DNA of 64,000 nucleotides from assembly GCA_963643925.1 (NCBI GenBank), contig CAVINS010000001.1, forward strand, positions 27,568-91,567, written 5' to 3'. Of the stretch, positions 36,188 through 45,164 are shown in pieces. Position 1 is the stretch's first letter, and the number at the start of each line of letters is the position of its first letter. The notes below the pieces were generated by a model, which searched no databases, was not told the DNA's origin, and saw only the letters and a program-made list of their open reading frames with translations. The DNA is from Bacteroidaceae bacterium (GTDB lineage Bacteria; Bacteroidota; Bacteroidia; Bacteroidales; Bacteroidaceae). A program made the translations under genes and the position numbers.

Positions 36188-36237
36188 AAAAGAGAAGGGA
36201 AAGAGGGAGTGTAGATACTCTCTTTTCCCTTCTCTTG
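36188..36237 (-). other. Strong intra-operon stem-loop between the GH140 gene and the GH78-sialidase-like gene
   Basis: AAGAGAAGGGAAAGAG pairs with CTCTTTTCCCTTCTCTT (about 16 bp, one bulge) inside an 84-nt intercistronic gap. Confidence 0.6.
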
Positions 36238-36245
36238 CTATTTTA

Positions 36246-37673
36246 TTAGTATTTTGTCGGAATGTTGGTCTGTTCCTTGGTGAGGTAGTTCTTGGAGGCA
36301 TCCACAGCGATGAGGACGCGGTCGTTGCCGGCACCGGAGGCACCGTCGAAATGGAACGGCTGCACCTTGCTGTCGAACTCGCCCACGTACTGAAGCGAGC
36401 CGTCGGTAACGCTATACCACCACACGTTCTTCTTCGCACCGGAGATCTTGCTCAGGTCGAGCTTCATGGGGCGGTTGGTGTAGTTGTAGACCAACAGGTA
36501 GTCCGTGCCGCGGGTGGCGATGACACGCTCGTAGCGCGTTCCGTTCTCCTCGGCGATGATGCTCTGGTCGGGCACACGCTCGAAGAAGGGGAACGTGAGG
36601 ATGAGGTTCTTCAAGTACTGCATTTGGCTGTATCCGGGGTCCTTCATACCCTCGTACCAGGTCTTGTTGGCTCCGTAGCCACCGTCGTTGGCCACCTTCA
36701 GCATCTGCATGATGGAGTTGTGACCGTAAGTGTGGCCGAATGAGCCGGCGAAGACTGACCAGTAGGCGTAGCGGCGTACGTCTGGAGCCTGCCAGCGCGG
36801 CTGCTTCGGATCGTGCAGTCCTTGCGGGATGTCCTCGTAGCTAGGCTCGGCATCGAGGATAGGTTTGGCGGGAGTCTTGGCCCAACCAGCCTCCACGTAG
36901 CGCCAGTTGTCCTCGGCCACGGCAGCTTCGGCCTTGTCGTCGCCGTCGCCCTTCACTTGGTCGTAGCGGCGGTGTCCGCTCTGGAACATGTTAAAATCGA
37001 GCCAGTCGGCATCGTGGAACCAGTAGATGGACGACGTACGACCGAAGGGGTGGTAGGTCATCAGGTGGTTTTTGTCGATGCTCTTGATGGTGCGTGCCAA
37101 GGTGTTCCACTGGTCGGGGTTGATGTCGCCGCGCACGTCGCCACCCATAATCCAGATGATGTTGGGTGAGTTCTTGTAGCGATTGGCGAGGAACTTACCA
37201 TATGCCTCGGCATCCTTCACGCTCATGAGGCCCTGTTTCACAAGCCCGCCCCAGATGCACACCATGCCGATGTAGATACCGTTCTGCTCGGCCTTTTGGA
37301 TGATGTAGTCCATGTGGTCCCAGTATCCGTAGACCCCTTTCTTGTTGATGTCCTTGAAGTTGAATCCGTCCGGGTGGGAGAACTGTCCGTATTCGTTGAT
37401 GGCGGGCACGCCGTTGATGACCTGTATTTGCACCACGTTGAAGCCTGCTTGGTGGCAGTGGTTGAGGTAGTAGCTTGCCTCGTTGCGGTCGAGTCGCTCG
37501 GGCAGCAACCAGCCGGTGTCGCCCAGCCAGAAGAACGGTGTGCCGTTCTCGTGTTGCAGGTACCGTCCGTTGTCGGACACTTTCAGTTTACCGTTTTTCC
37601 AGGGCACGCTCTGTGCGCTGAGGGTGCTTGCCAACAGGAGGCAGAGCAATGATAAGAGTGTAATCTTCTTCAT
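36246..37673 (-). CDS. GH140-type (DUF4038) glycoside hydrolase, apiosidase-like
   Basis: Signal peptide, then NGRYLQHENGTPFFWLGDTGWLLPERLDRNEASYYL, typical of DUF4038/GH140. The call is from memory. Confidence 0.8.
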   Translation of the reverse strand: MKKITLLSLLCLLLASTLSAQSVPWKNGKLKVSDNGRYLQHENGTPFFWLGDTGWLLPERLDRNEASYYLNHCHQAGFNVVQIQVINGVPAINEYGQFSHPDGFNFKDINKKGVYGYWDHMDYIIQKAEQNGIYIGMVCIWGGLVKQGLMSVKDAEAYGKFLANRYKNSPNIIWIMGGDVRGDINPDQWNTLARTIKSIDKNHLMTYHPFGRTSSIYWFHDADWLDFNMFQSGHRRYDQVKGDGDDKAEAAVAEDNWRYVEAGWAKTPAKPILDAEPSYEDIPQGLHDPKQPRWQAPDVRRYAYWSVFAGSFGHTYGHNSIMQMLKVANDGGYGANKTWYEGMKDPGYSQMQYLKNLILTFPFFERVPDQSIIAEENGTRYERVIATRGTDYLLVYNYTNRPMKLDLSKISGAKKNVWWYSVTDGSLQYVGEFDSKVQPFHFDGASGAGNDRVLIAVDASKNYLTKEQTNIPTKY

Positions 37674-37805
37674 CTTTCGTATTGGTTTTAGTTTCTAATA
37701 TTCTTGGTTTACACTTACCGACGTGGATAACCCACGTCTGGTATACCTTATATGCATAGGCCCCATCCGTCACACCCGTTTAGGGAGGAGTAGGAATGGA
37801 ACCTT

Positions 37806-40310
37806 TTATTTCCCGATGAGCACATAACTCTTGCCCGCCTCGGTGGGTAGGTCGTAGAGGTAGGTCTTCGGCAGCGTCACCTTACCAAGCTGTGCCTCGC
37901 TGTTGATGAGCGGGTCTGCCACTTGGGTGAGTTGATAGAGCGGGTTGGGGTTATCCCCCTTGGCGCTCTTCAGCCCCTTGCCGCTGAGGCGACAGTGCGA
38001 ACGCAGTCGGCAGTTGCCACCCTTGTGCGAGGTCACCGCGAGGCGGCTCACCTTACCATCCTTCCATGCCAGGTCTATCTCGAAGCCGCCGCGGGCCATG
38101 AGTCCCTTCACCTCACCCTCTTTCCACAGAGTGGGCAGGGAGGGCAGCAGGAAGATGAAGCCGTCGTGACTCTGCATCAGCATCTCGGCGATGCCGGCCG
38201 TGCAGCCGAAGTTGCCGTCGATCTGGAAAGGCGGATGCGCGTCGAAGAGGTTGGGGTAGGTACCGCCGCGCTTCTTCTCGTTGCGTACCAGCGAGAGCTG
38301 GTCGGTGATAAGTTTGTAGGCATGGTCGCCGTCGAGCAGGCGGGCCCACAGGCATACCTTCCATCCCATGCTCCATCCCGTGGAGGGGTCACCCCGGTGG
38401 ATGAGCGAGGTACGTGCTGCGTCGAACAGCTCGGGTGTGCGGTAGGGTGATATCTGGTTGCTCGGATAGAGTGCGTAGAGGTGCGACACGTGGCGATGGG
38501 TATCATCGGGGTTGTCCCAGTCGAACATCCATTCCTGCAGTTGTCCCCAGCGGCCTATCTGCAGCGGAGCCATCTCTTTGAGGCGCTCCTGCAGTCGGGC
38601 AGCGTACTCCTTGTCGGTGCCCAATATCTCTGAGGCGGCAATCACCTCGTTCCAGAGGTCGAACACCAGTTCCGTGTCCATCGAACAGCCGGCTGCCGTG
38701 GAGGCCTTGCCCCCACTGCCCGCATGGGTGTTCTCCGGCGAGTTGCTGGGGCACGCTACTAGCCATCCGTGTGTGGGCTCCTTCACCATCGTCTCGTCGA
38801 AGAAGAGGGCGGCACCGCGCAGAATGGGGTAGACCTGACGCAGGAACTCCACATCGCCCGTGTAGAGGTAGTGCTCCCACAGGTGGCGGCAGAGCCAGGC
38901 ACCACCGGATGCCCACATGCCCGAGGGGGCGTTGTCTATGGCACCGGTGACACGCCAGATGTCCGTGTTGTGGTGGAGCACCCAGCCATTGGAGCCGTAC
39001 ATCGTGCGTGCACTCTCCGCACCCGTCTCGCTCACCTCGCGGATGAGGCGGAACAGGGGCTCATTGAGCCAACTCAGGTTGGTCACCTCCGATGGCCAGT
39101 AGTTCATCTCGAGGTTGATGTTGCAGGTATATTTGCAGTCCCACGAGGGGAAGAGTTTGTCGTTCCAGATGCCCTGCAGGTTGGCTGCCTGTCCGCCCGG
39201 CTGCGAGCACGAGATGAGCAGGTAGCGGCCGAACTTGAAGTAGGTAGCCACCAAGAAGGCGTCGTTGGTCTGCTTGAACCGCTCTATGCGCAGGTCTGTA
39301 GGCACGTCGGCATACTGGTCGTCGCCTAGCCAGAGCGAGGCGGTGCCTATCTGCTGCCGGTAAGCGGCCACGTGTGACTGCTTCGCCTCATCGTACCCCT
39401 TGGTGAGCGCCTTTGTAAGGTACCCTTTGGCACGGGCCACAAAGTCGGCCGTGATGTCCTTATAGTTGACGAAGTTGGTGGCGATGGAGGTGTAGAGAAC
39501 AGCTTCGTCGGCCCCTTCCACGGTGAGCACTCCGTCGCGACAGGTGGTCACACCACCTTTCGTCTTGGCGGTGACACGTCCTTGGAACTCTACCTTTCCC
39601 TTCAGCTTCTCGTGGAGCGAACTGACGCCTTGCAGTGTGATGTCGTCTCCGTCGGAGGCGATGAATACATCCTGGTGAGGCGAGGTGAGGGTGGCGTTGA
39701 AGGTCACCTTAGTGGGTTGGTCTGCCGTGATGCGGGTGATGATGACCTGGTCGGTCAGCGACACGAAGGTCTCCCGTTGGTAGTTGACTCCATCCACCCT
39801 ATAGTGTACCACGGCACGGGCCGAGTCGAGGCTCAGCTCGCGGTAGTAGTGGTCGTAGCGGGAGTGTCCGGGGAATGTGATGCGCAGGTCGCCGAAGCTC
39901 TGGTAGGGCATTCCCGAGTTGGTGCTGGCCTTCACGTGGGCCGTGGCAGCGTTCTGTGCTTCGAGGTATTTGCCCTCGAACACCAGTTGGCGAATCTTCG
40001 GTATCCACTCCAATGCCTCGGGGTTGGCGTTGTTGTTGGGCCGACCAGCCCAGATGGTCTCCTCGTTGAGCTGCATCTGTTCCGCGGCAGGGTTGCCATA
40101 GAGCATCACGCCCAACCGTCCGTTTCCCATCGGCAAGGCCTCGGTCCACACTTGTGCCGGTCTGTCGTACCATAGTTTATACTCTTGTGCCGAATGGTCC
40201 GTCGGCTGCACCTCGGCCATGCCGGGCAGACACGCTATTGTCAGCAAACCCATCACGAAGGAGGACTTCCATCGTCCCCGCAGGGAAACTCTCTGTCTCA
40301 TCATGCGCAT
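37806..40310 (-). CDS. Glycoside hydrolase family 95 (alpha-L-fucosidase/alpha-L-galactosidase type)
   Basis: N-terminal KLWYDRPAQVWTEALPMGNGRLGVMLYG...NEETIWAG and later QPGGQAANLQGIWN are GH95 hallmarks. Confidence 0.9.
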   Translation of the reverse strand: MRMMRQRVSLRGRWKSSFVMGLLTIACLPGMAEVQPTDHSAQEYKLWYDRPAQVWTEALPMGNGRLGVMLYGNPAAEQMQLNEETIWAGRPNNNANPEALEWIPKIRQLVFEGKYLEAQNAATAHVKASTNSGMPYQSFGDLRITFPGHSRYDHYYRELSLDSARAVVHYRVDGVNYQRETFVSLTDQVIITRITADQPTKVTFNATLTSPHQDVFIASDGDDITLQGVSSLHEKLKGKVEFQGRVTAKTKGGVTTCRDGVLTVEGADEAVLYTSIATNFVNYKDITADFVARAKGYLTKALTKGYDEAKQSHVAAYRQQIGTASLWLGDDQYADVPTDLRIERFKQTNDAFLVATYFKFGRYLLISCSQPGGQAANLQGIWNDKLFPSWDCKYTCNINLEMNYWPSEVTNLSWLNEPLFRLIREVSETGAESARTMYGSNGWVLHHNTDIWRVTGAIDNAPSGMWASGGAWLCRHLWEHYLYTGDVEFLRQVYPILRGAALFFDETMVKEPTHGWLVACPSNSPENTHAGSGGKASTAAGCSMDTELVFDLWNEVIAASEILGTDKEYAARLQERLKEMAPLQIGRWGQLQEWMFDWDNPDDTHRHVSHLYALYPSNQISPYRTPELFDAARTSLIHRGDPSTGWSMGWKVCLWARLLDGDHAYKLITDQLSLVRNEKKRGGTYPNLFDAHPPFQIDGNFGCTAGIAEMLMQSHDGFIFLLPSLPTLWKEGEVKGLMARGGFEIDLAWKDGKVSRLAVTSHKGGNCRLRSHCRLSGKGLKSAKGDNPNPLYQLTQVADPLINSEAQLGKVTLPKTYLYDLPTEAGKSYVLIGK

Positions 40311-40335
40311 TCTTATACTATATTATATATGTGTA

Positions 40336-42303
40336 TTATTTCTTCTTTGTATCGGCCTTCGCTTTCTTCTCGGCGTTGCGCTTGTTCACGTAGTCCTTGA
40401 AGAGCTTGCGCCAGTCGCGTCCGTTTTGGTTGAGATACTGCTCGCACTTGGTCTTGTACACCTCGAACACCTGCGAGATGGCCTTCATGCCCTTGCACTC
40501 GAGTGCCTCCTCGCGGGCCTGCTTCAGGTAGCCCTCCAGCACGTTGACCTCCTTGTCGGTGAGGTCGGGAACGATGGCATAGTAGCCCTTCATGGTGAAG
40601 GCCACCTTGCCCACGGTGTAGCCGTCGAACACCTGCTCCACCTGCTCGGGGGTGAGGGAGCGGTTGAGTTCCTTCACCAACCGCTCGTGTACGCTTGCCG
40701 GTATCGTCTTGTCCGCCATCATCTCCCGCTCTATCTTGCTGAGAATCTTGCCTGTGGCAGGGTCTTTTTCGGGGATGATGGTGTAGGGGTGCGAGTTGTG
40801 CCAGTCGCGTACGGCACGTCGGTGGTTGTAGATGGCGGTCACCACTTGGTTCTCCACCTTCTTGTCCGTCAGCTTCAGTGCCTTGACGATGCTCTGCGAC
40901 TTTTTCAGCACCGACTCGTCGGCAGCGGCGTTGCGCACGGTCTGTGCACCGAAGTACTTGCCCAGGTCGTTGATGGACCGGATGGCATCCTTAGGAAGGT
41001 TCTCGCCATCTTTGCCGAAGCTGTAGAGTGCCTCGAAGGGTTCCACGGTCACCTTCGACTCGTCTAGCTTGCTACGGTCGAGCCCAAAGATATTGATGAA
41101 GAAGTCGTACACCGCGTTGCGCTTGTTGGGACCAAAGTCGTGACCCTCCTCGGGCAGATGCACGTTGGTGACGCTCTTTGCACTCAAGTAGTGCTCATAT
41201 ACATGCTTGATGAAGGGATACTCCAGCGTGGGCACGGTGTGGGTCCAGTCCTTGCCGTCGGAGACGATGCATAGCGGGTTGGGAGCGAAGAGTGCTGCCA
41301 GTTCGGCATTGCAGGTGCCACCCCCCGCTTGGGTGATGGGCATGCCGCTCTCGCAGGCACAGCCGCCGTCGAAGTGCGAGGCCAGGCTGACCACCGGACA
41401 GGCTGCCGTGTAGCGGTCGTCGAGTACCGTAAGCAGCACCGTCTGCGTGCCGCCGCCCGAACCGCCGTTCACACCCACACGCATGTAGTCCACATTCTGG
41501 CGGGTCATCATGTAGTCGAGTATGGAGATGCCGTTCATGGCCTGAATGACCTGTGCGATGCTGGTGTTGTGACCTGTGGAGCTCACCTGCAGCACCGACT
41601 CGCCCCAACCGAAGAGGTCGTAGTCCACGCAGATAGCTCCCATGCGGGCCAGTGTGGCCATGCGCAGTTGCTGGTCCTCGCGGTAGCGTCCGTCGCCGAA
41701 GTGTCCGTTGGGACAGATGATGAGCGCATGTTGTCCCTTCGTGCGGGGTGCGTAGATGGAGCCGCATACGTAGAGCCCGGGCAGTGTCTCCAGGGCGAAG
41801 TTCTGCACTGTATAATCCTTGTACTTACGTTCCTTGGAGAGTATAGGATCTGCCTGCACACGCCGCTCCAGTATGGGGTCGATACCCAGCAACTTGCGTA
41901 CCTCCCTCTTAAGCACCGTCTTGCGCTGCTCGAAGGAGGCCCGGTCGCGGTAGAGAGTCTTCAGGTAAGCGATCATCGCCTCCCCGTCCTTATCTGTGCG
42001 GCGGGCATACTCGTATGGCTTTATCTTGTAGAGGTTGCCGTCTTGCTTCACGAACTTGAAGTCGAATGGAGCCAACACGTTGGTGAGCGATTCCTCCACT
42101 GAGTAGGGGCGGATGCGCGAGTCGGCATAGGGGAGCTTCAGCCCTGTGGTGTCGATGTTATATTTCAGCTGTACCTGAAAGCGGTGGCTGATGTCGGTCA
42201 GCACGTCGCCTAGCGGACGGGTGAACTGATTCTCGTAGGTGTTTTGTGCCCCTACGCTTACGGCAGCGGAGAGAAACAATACTGACAATGTGAAATGTTT
42301 CAT
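40336..42303 (-). CDS. Alpha/beta-hydrolase carbohydrate esterase (AXE1/dienelactone-hydrolase-like, GGSGGG serine motif) fused to a C-terminal DUF3826 domain
   Basis: The central region has VGVNGGSGGGTQTVL (GxSxG). The C-terminal ~200 aa align by eye with the stand-alone DUF3826 protein at 49843-50520 (LTxEQ...DG.T.G.V, LTD.E, ARE.A, lysine-rich tail). Confidence 0.8.
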   Translation of the reverse strand: MKHFTLSVLFLSAAVSVGAQNTYENQFTRPLGDVLTDISHRFQVQLKYNIDTTGLKLPYADSRIRPYSVEESLTNVLAPFDFKFVKQDGNLYKIKPYEYARRTDKDGEAMIAYLKTLYRDRASFEQRKTVLKREVRKLLGIDPILERRVQADPILSKERKYKDYTVQNFALETLPGLYVCGSIYAPRTKGQHALIICPNGHFGDGRYREDQQLRMATLARMGAICVDYDLFGWGESVLQVSSTGHNTSIAQVIQAMNGISILDYMMTRQNVDYMRVGVNGGSGGGTQTVLLTVLDDRYTAACPVVSLASHFDGGCACESGMPITQAGGGTCNAELAALFAPNPLCIVSDGKDWTHTVPTLEYPFIKHVYEHYLSAKSVTNVHLPEEGHDFGPNKRNAVYDFFINIFGLDRSKLDESKVTVEPFEALYSFGKDGENLPKDAIRSINDLGKYFGAQTVRNAAADESVLKKSQSIVKALKLTDKKVENQVVTAIYNHRRAVRDWHNSHPYTIIPEKDPATGKILSKIEREMMADKTIPASVHERLVKELNRSLTPEQVEQVFDGYTVGKVAFTMKGYYAIVPDLTDKEVNVLEGYLKQAREEALECKGMKAISQVFEVYKTKCEQYLNQNGRDWRKLFKDYVNKRNAEKKAKADTKKK

Positions 42304-42312
42304 GATTCTTTA

Positions 42313-45114
42313 TTATCTTGGGTTTTTATGATGTTTCATCTTCAGTGGTAGGATGAAGGTATGTGTGCCGCTCTTCACCACGCCGGCGGATTGCTCCTCA
42401 CCGGGTAGATAGACCTCTGCCGTGCAGTTGGCGGGCACGGTCACCTGCAGGGTGAACTCTCCCTCGGTGCGTTGCCAACTGACCCGTATCTCACCGTAGA
42501 GCGTACGGTAGGTGGCATCCAGCGAGGTGAGGTCGCCCGGCGTCTGTGGACGGAGTACAAAGTGCTGAAAGCCTTTCTCAGTGGGGTTGCTCTGTATGCC
42601 GGCCAGCGAATAGAAGAACCACTCGTCAATCTGTCCCATCATGAAGTGGTTCCACGACGAGCCTTGGCGCGGGTCCCACTGCTCGGTGAGCGTGGTGGCG
42701 CCGAACTTCAGCTGAAAGCCATAACCGGGTGCCTCCTCGTGGTTGTGCATGGCATACATCACCTCGTCCAGCCCAGCGCGTGCCAAGGTTTGGAAAAGGT
42801 AGCGGTTGCCCACATCGCCCGTGGTGAGGCGCGTGCCGTGTTGACGGATGTCCGTCACGAGGTTGCGCAGCACGGCAGCCCGGCTCTTTGTGGGCGTTAT
42901 GCCGAGGAACAGCGGCAGGGAGTTGCTGGTTTGGCTGCCCGTGCCGTACTGGCAGGTCTCGGCATTGAAGTACTTGCCGTTGAAGGCTTCCTTCACGTCG
43001 TTGCCCAGGCGGGTATAGTAGTCCGCATCGTAGCTGTTGCCCAGCATACGGGCCGCTTCGGCGATGTAGCGGATGTCCATATAATAATGTGCCGACGCTA
43101 CCAACCCGACGGGAGTGTTGCGTGAGAATCCGGCACGGAAGTCGCCATAGTCGTACCAGTCGCCCAGTCCGAAGTCAATCAAGTTCCCTTCGGCGCGCGA
43201 CGAGAGATAGTCCACGTAGTCCTGCATCTGTCGGTAGTACTGGCGGATGAGTGAGTCGTCGCCGTAGGTGTCGTAGTAGAGGAACGGTATCACCACCATA
43301 GCGCTGCCCCACTCGGGCGAGTCGGCGAAGACATCCAGTCCCGGACCTTCGAAGATGGTGTATTGCGGAGCGGTGGTCGGCACCATGCCGTTGGTCTGCT
43401 GTGCGTCGGCCATGTCGCGCATCAACTTTGGGTAATAGGTGGTAAGGTCGTAGTTGTAGAGCAGACCAGGTCCGTTGAGGTGGTCTTGCTCCAACCATCC
43501 CAACTTCTCGCGGTGCGGACAGTCGGTGAAGACTGCTTGCATGTTGCTGCGCACGGCGTTGTGGATGAGCTGGTGTGCCTGCGTGAAGATTTTATTGGAG
43601 CAGGTGAACGAGCTGACGTCCGCAGCCGCGTTGTGTACGAAACACGACTGGATGTTGTGCACCACGGGCAGTTTGTCGGGATTCTTCTGTCCCTTCAGCA
43701 CCGCTCCCTCCAATTGGATGTAACGGAAGCCGTAGTACGAGAAGCGTGGATGCCACGTCTCCCGTTTGTCGCCCTTCAGCGTGTAGGTATAATAATGTTG
43801 TCGTCCTGTCTGTCGTTGGTTGGTGGCGTGGCAGCTGTCCACCACCGATTCGGCTACTACCAGAGTAATCTTCTGTCCCCGTTTGCCGCTCACCGTTATC
43901 TCGGGGAAGCCTGCGAGGTTTTGTCCCATGTCGAGTAATTGGGCCGATGCGTCCACAGTGCGCTTGGTGGCTTTGGTGGCCTTGCGCACATCCTCTGTCG
44001 TGAGTTTGTAGCTCTCCTGCACACCGTAGCGCTTCATAATCTTCACCGGTGTGGTTTGTTGAGGTGTCAGCATACCCTTTGGAGCCTCCTGCACGACCAC
44101 GGGCTTCCATTCGGTGTCGTCGAAGCCAGGCTTGTCCCACCCTGCCTGTTCCAGGCGGGCGTCGTAGTCCTCACCCCCGTAGATGGAGTGAAACGTCACT
44201 GGACTACGGTCGTAGTGCCACGTGCTATCCGTGGCCACCGTCTGCGAGGTGCCGTCGGTGTAGCGGATGAGCATCTTCAGGAAGAGTGTCTCGGGACCAA
44301 ATCCTATCTGCAGTTTGCGGTAGCGTCCGCCACCCACCACGTTGTAGAATCCGTTGCCTAATATTACACCTAGGGCATTGTCGCCCTGGCGGAGCAGTGA
44401 AGTCACGTCGTAGGTATTGTAGTAGACCGTCTTGTCATAGTCGCTCCAGAGTGGGGTGAACTCCCCGTCGCCCACCTTCGTGCCGTTGATGGTGAGCTCA
44501 TACTGACCCAGTCCGCACACATACACTGTGGCGTCGGCTATTTGTCGCGGGGCGCTGAACTCCTTGCGCAGACAGATGCTACGCCATGCCATGGAGTCCA
44601 CCTGGCTCCATGCCTCCTTGACGGCAGGTTCGTTGAGCTCGCCTCCTGTGAACTGACGACCTTGTGGCAACTTGGCGTCCGCCTTTGTAACGGCTCCTAC
44701 CCATTGTGCGTCGAGGAAACGCTTGTCTGGTGCGATGCGGAACTCTTGCGCGTCGCTCCAGGCCGAGGCGACATTCCCTTCGTCCCACACCCTCACATGC
44801 CACCAGTAGCGTTGCAGCGGCTCGAGTGCCGTGCCACCGTAGGGCACCAACTGACTCTGTGTGGAACATTGCTTGCCGCTCTTCCACAGGTATTGTTTCT
44901 CACCGCCTTGTAGGGTGTAGACTTCTATCTCGTAGGCGGACTGCATGCAACCCTGTTCTCCATCCATCTGCCAGCCGAAGCGGGGTGTGGTGGTGGCCAG
45001 TGCCAAGGGCGATGTGGTCAGTTCGCATGTGACGCGGGTCACCTCTATCGCCTTTGCTGAGGCTGCCAGACAGAACGTCAGCAATCCCAGCAGGAATATC
45101 TTTGTGTTTCTCAT
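42313..45114 (-). CDS. Glycoside hydrolase family 78 alpha-L-rhamnosidase
   Basis: 933 aa with a signal peptide. Motifs PRFGWQM, ICGLGQYELTINGTKVGD and FTDCPHREKLGWLEQ are typical of Bac_rhamnosid domains. Confidence 0.9.
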   Translation of the reverse strand: MRNTKIFLLGLLTFCLAASAKAIEVTRVTCELTTSPLALATTTPRFGWQMDGEQGCMQSAYEIEVYTLQGGEKQYLWKSGKQCSTQSQLVPYGGTALEPLQRYWWHVRVWDEGNVASAWSDAQEFRIAPDKRFLDAQWVGAVTKADAKLPQGRQFTGGELNEPAVKEAWSQVDSMAWRSICLRKEFSAPRQIADATVYVCGLGQYELTINGTKVGDGEFTPLWSDYDKTVYYNTYDVTSLLRQGDNALGVILGNGFYNVVGGGRYRKLQIGFGPETLFLKMLIRYTDGTSQTVATDSTWHYDRSPVTFHSIYGGEDYDARLEQAGWDKPGFDDTEWKPVVVQEAPKGMLTPQQTTPVKIMKRYGVQESYKLTTEDVRKATKATKRTVDASAQLLDMGQNLAGFPEITVSGKRGQKITLVVAESVVDSCHATNQRQTGRQHYYTYTLKGDKRETWHPRFSYYGFRYIQLEGAVLKGQKNPDKLPVVHNIQSCFVHNAAADVSSFTCSNKIFTQAHQLIHNAVRSNMQAVFTDCPHREKLGWLEQDHLNGPGLLYNYDLTTYYPKLMRDMADAQQTNGMVPTTAPQYTIFEGPGLDVFADSPEWGSAMVVIPFLYYDTYGDDSLIRQYYRQMQDYVDYLSSRAEGNLIDFGLGDWYDYGDFRAGFSRNTPVGLVASAHYYMDIRYIAEAARMLGNSYDADYYTRLGNDVKEAFNGKYFNAETCQYGTGSQTSNSLPLFLGITPTKSRAAVLRNLVTDIRQHGTRLTTGDVGNRYLFQTLARAGLDEVMYAMHNHEEAPGYGFQLKFGATTLTEQWDPRQGSSWNHFMMGQIDEWFFYSLAGIQSNPTEKGFQHFVLRPQTPGDLTSLDATYRTLYGEIRVSWQRTEGEFTLQVTVPANCTAEVYLPGEEQSAGVVKSGTHTFILPLKMKHHKNPR

Positions 45115-45164
45115 CGTATTCAGTATCTACATCTGTCAAGTTTTTCCTATAAAGTCGCTTCCAA

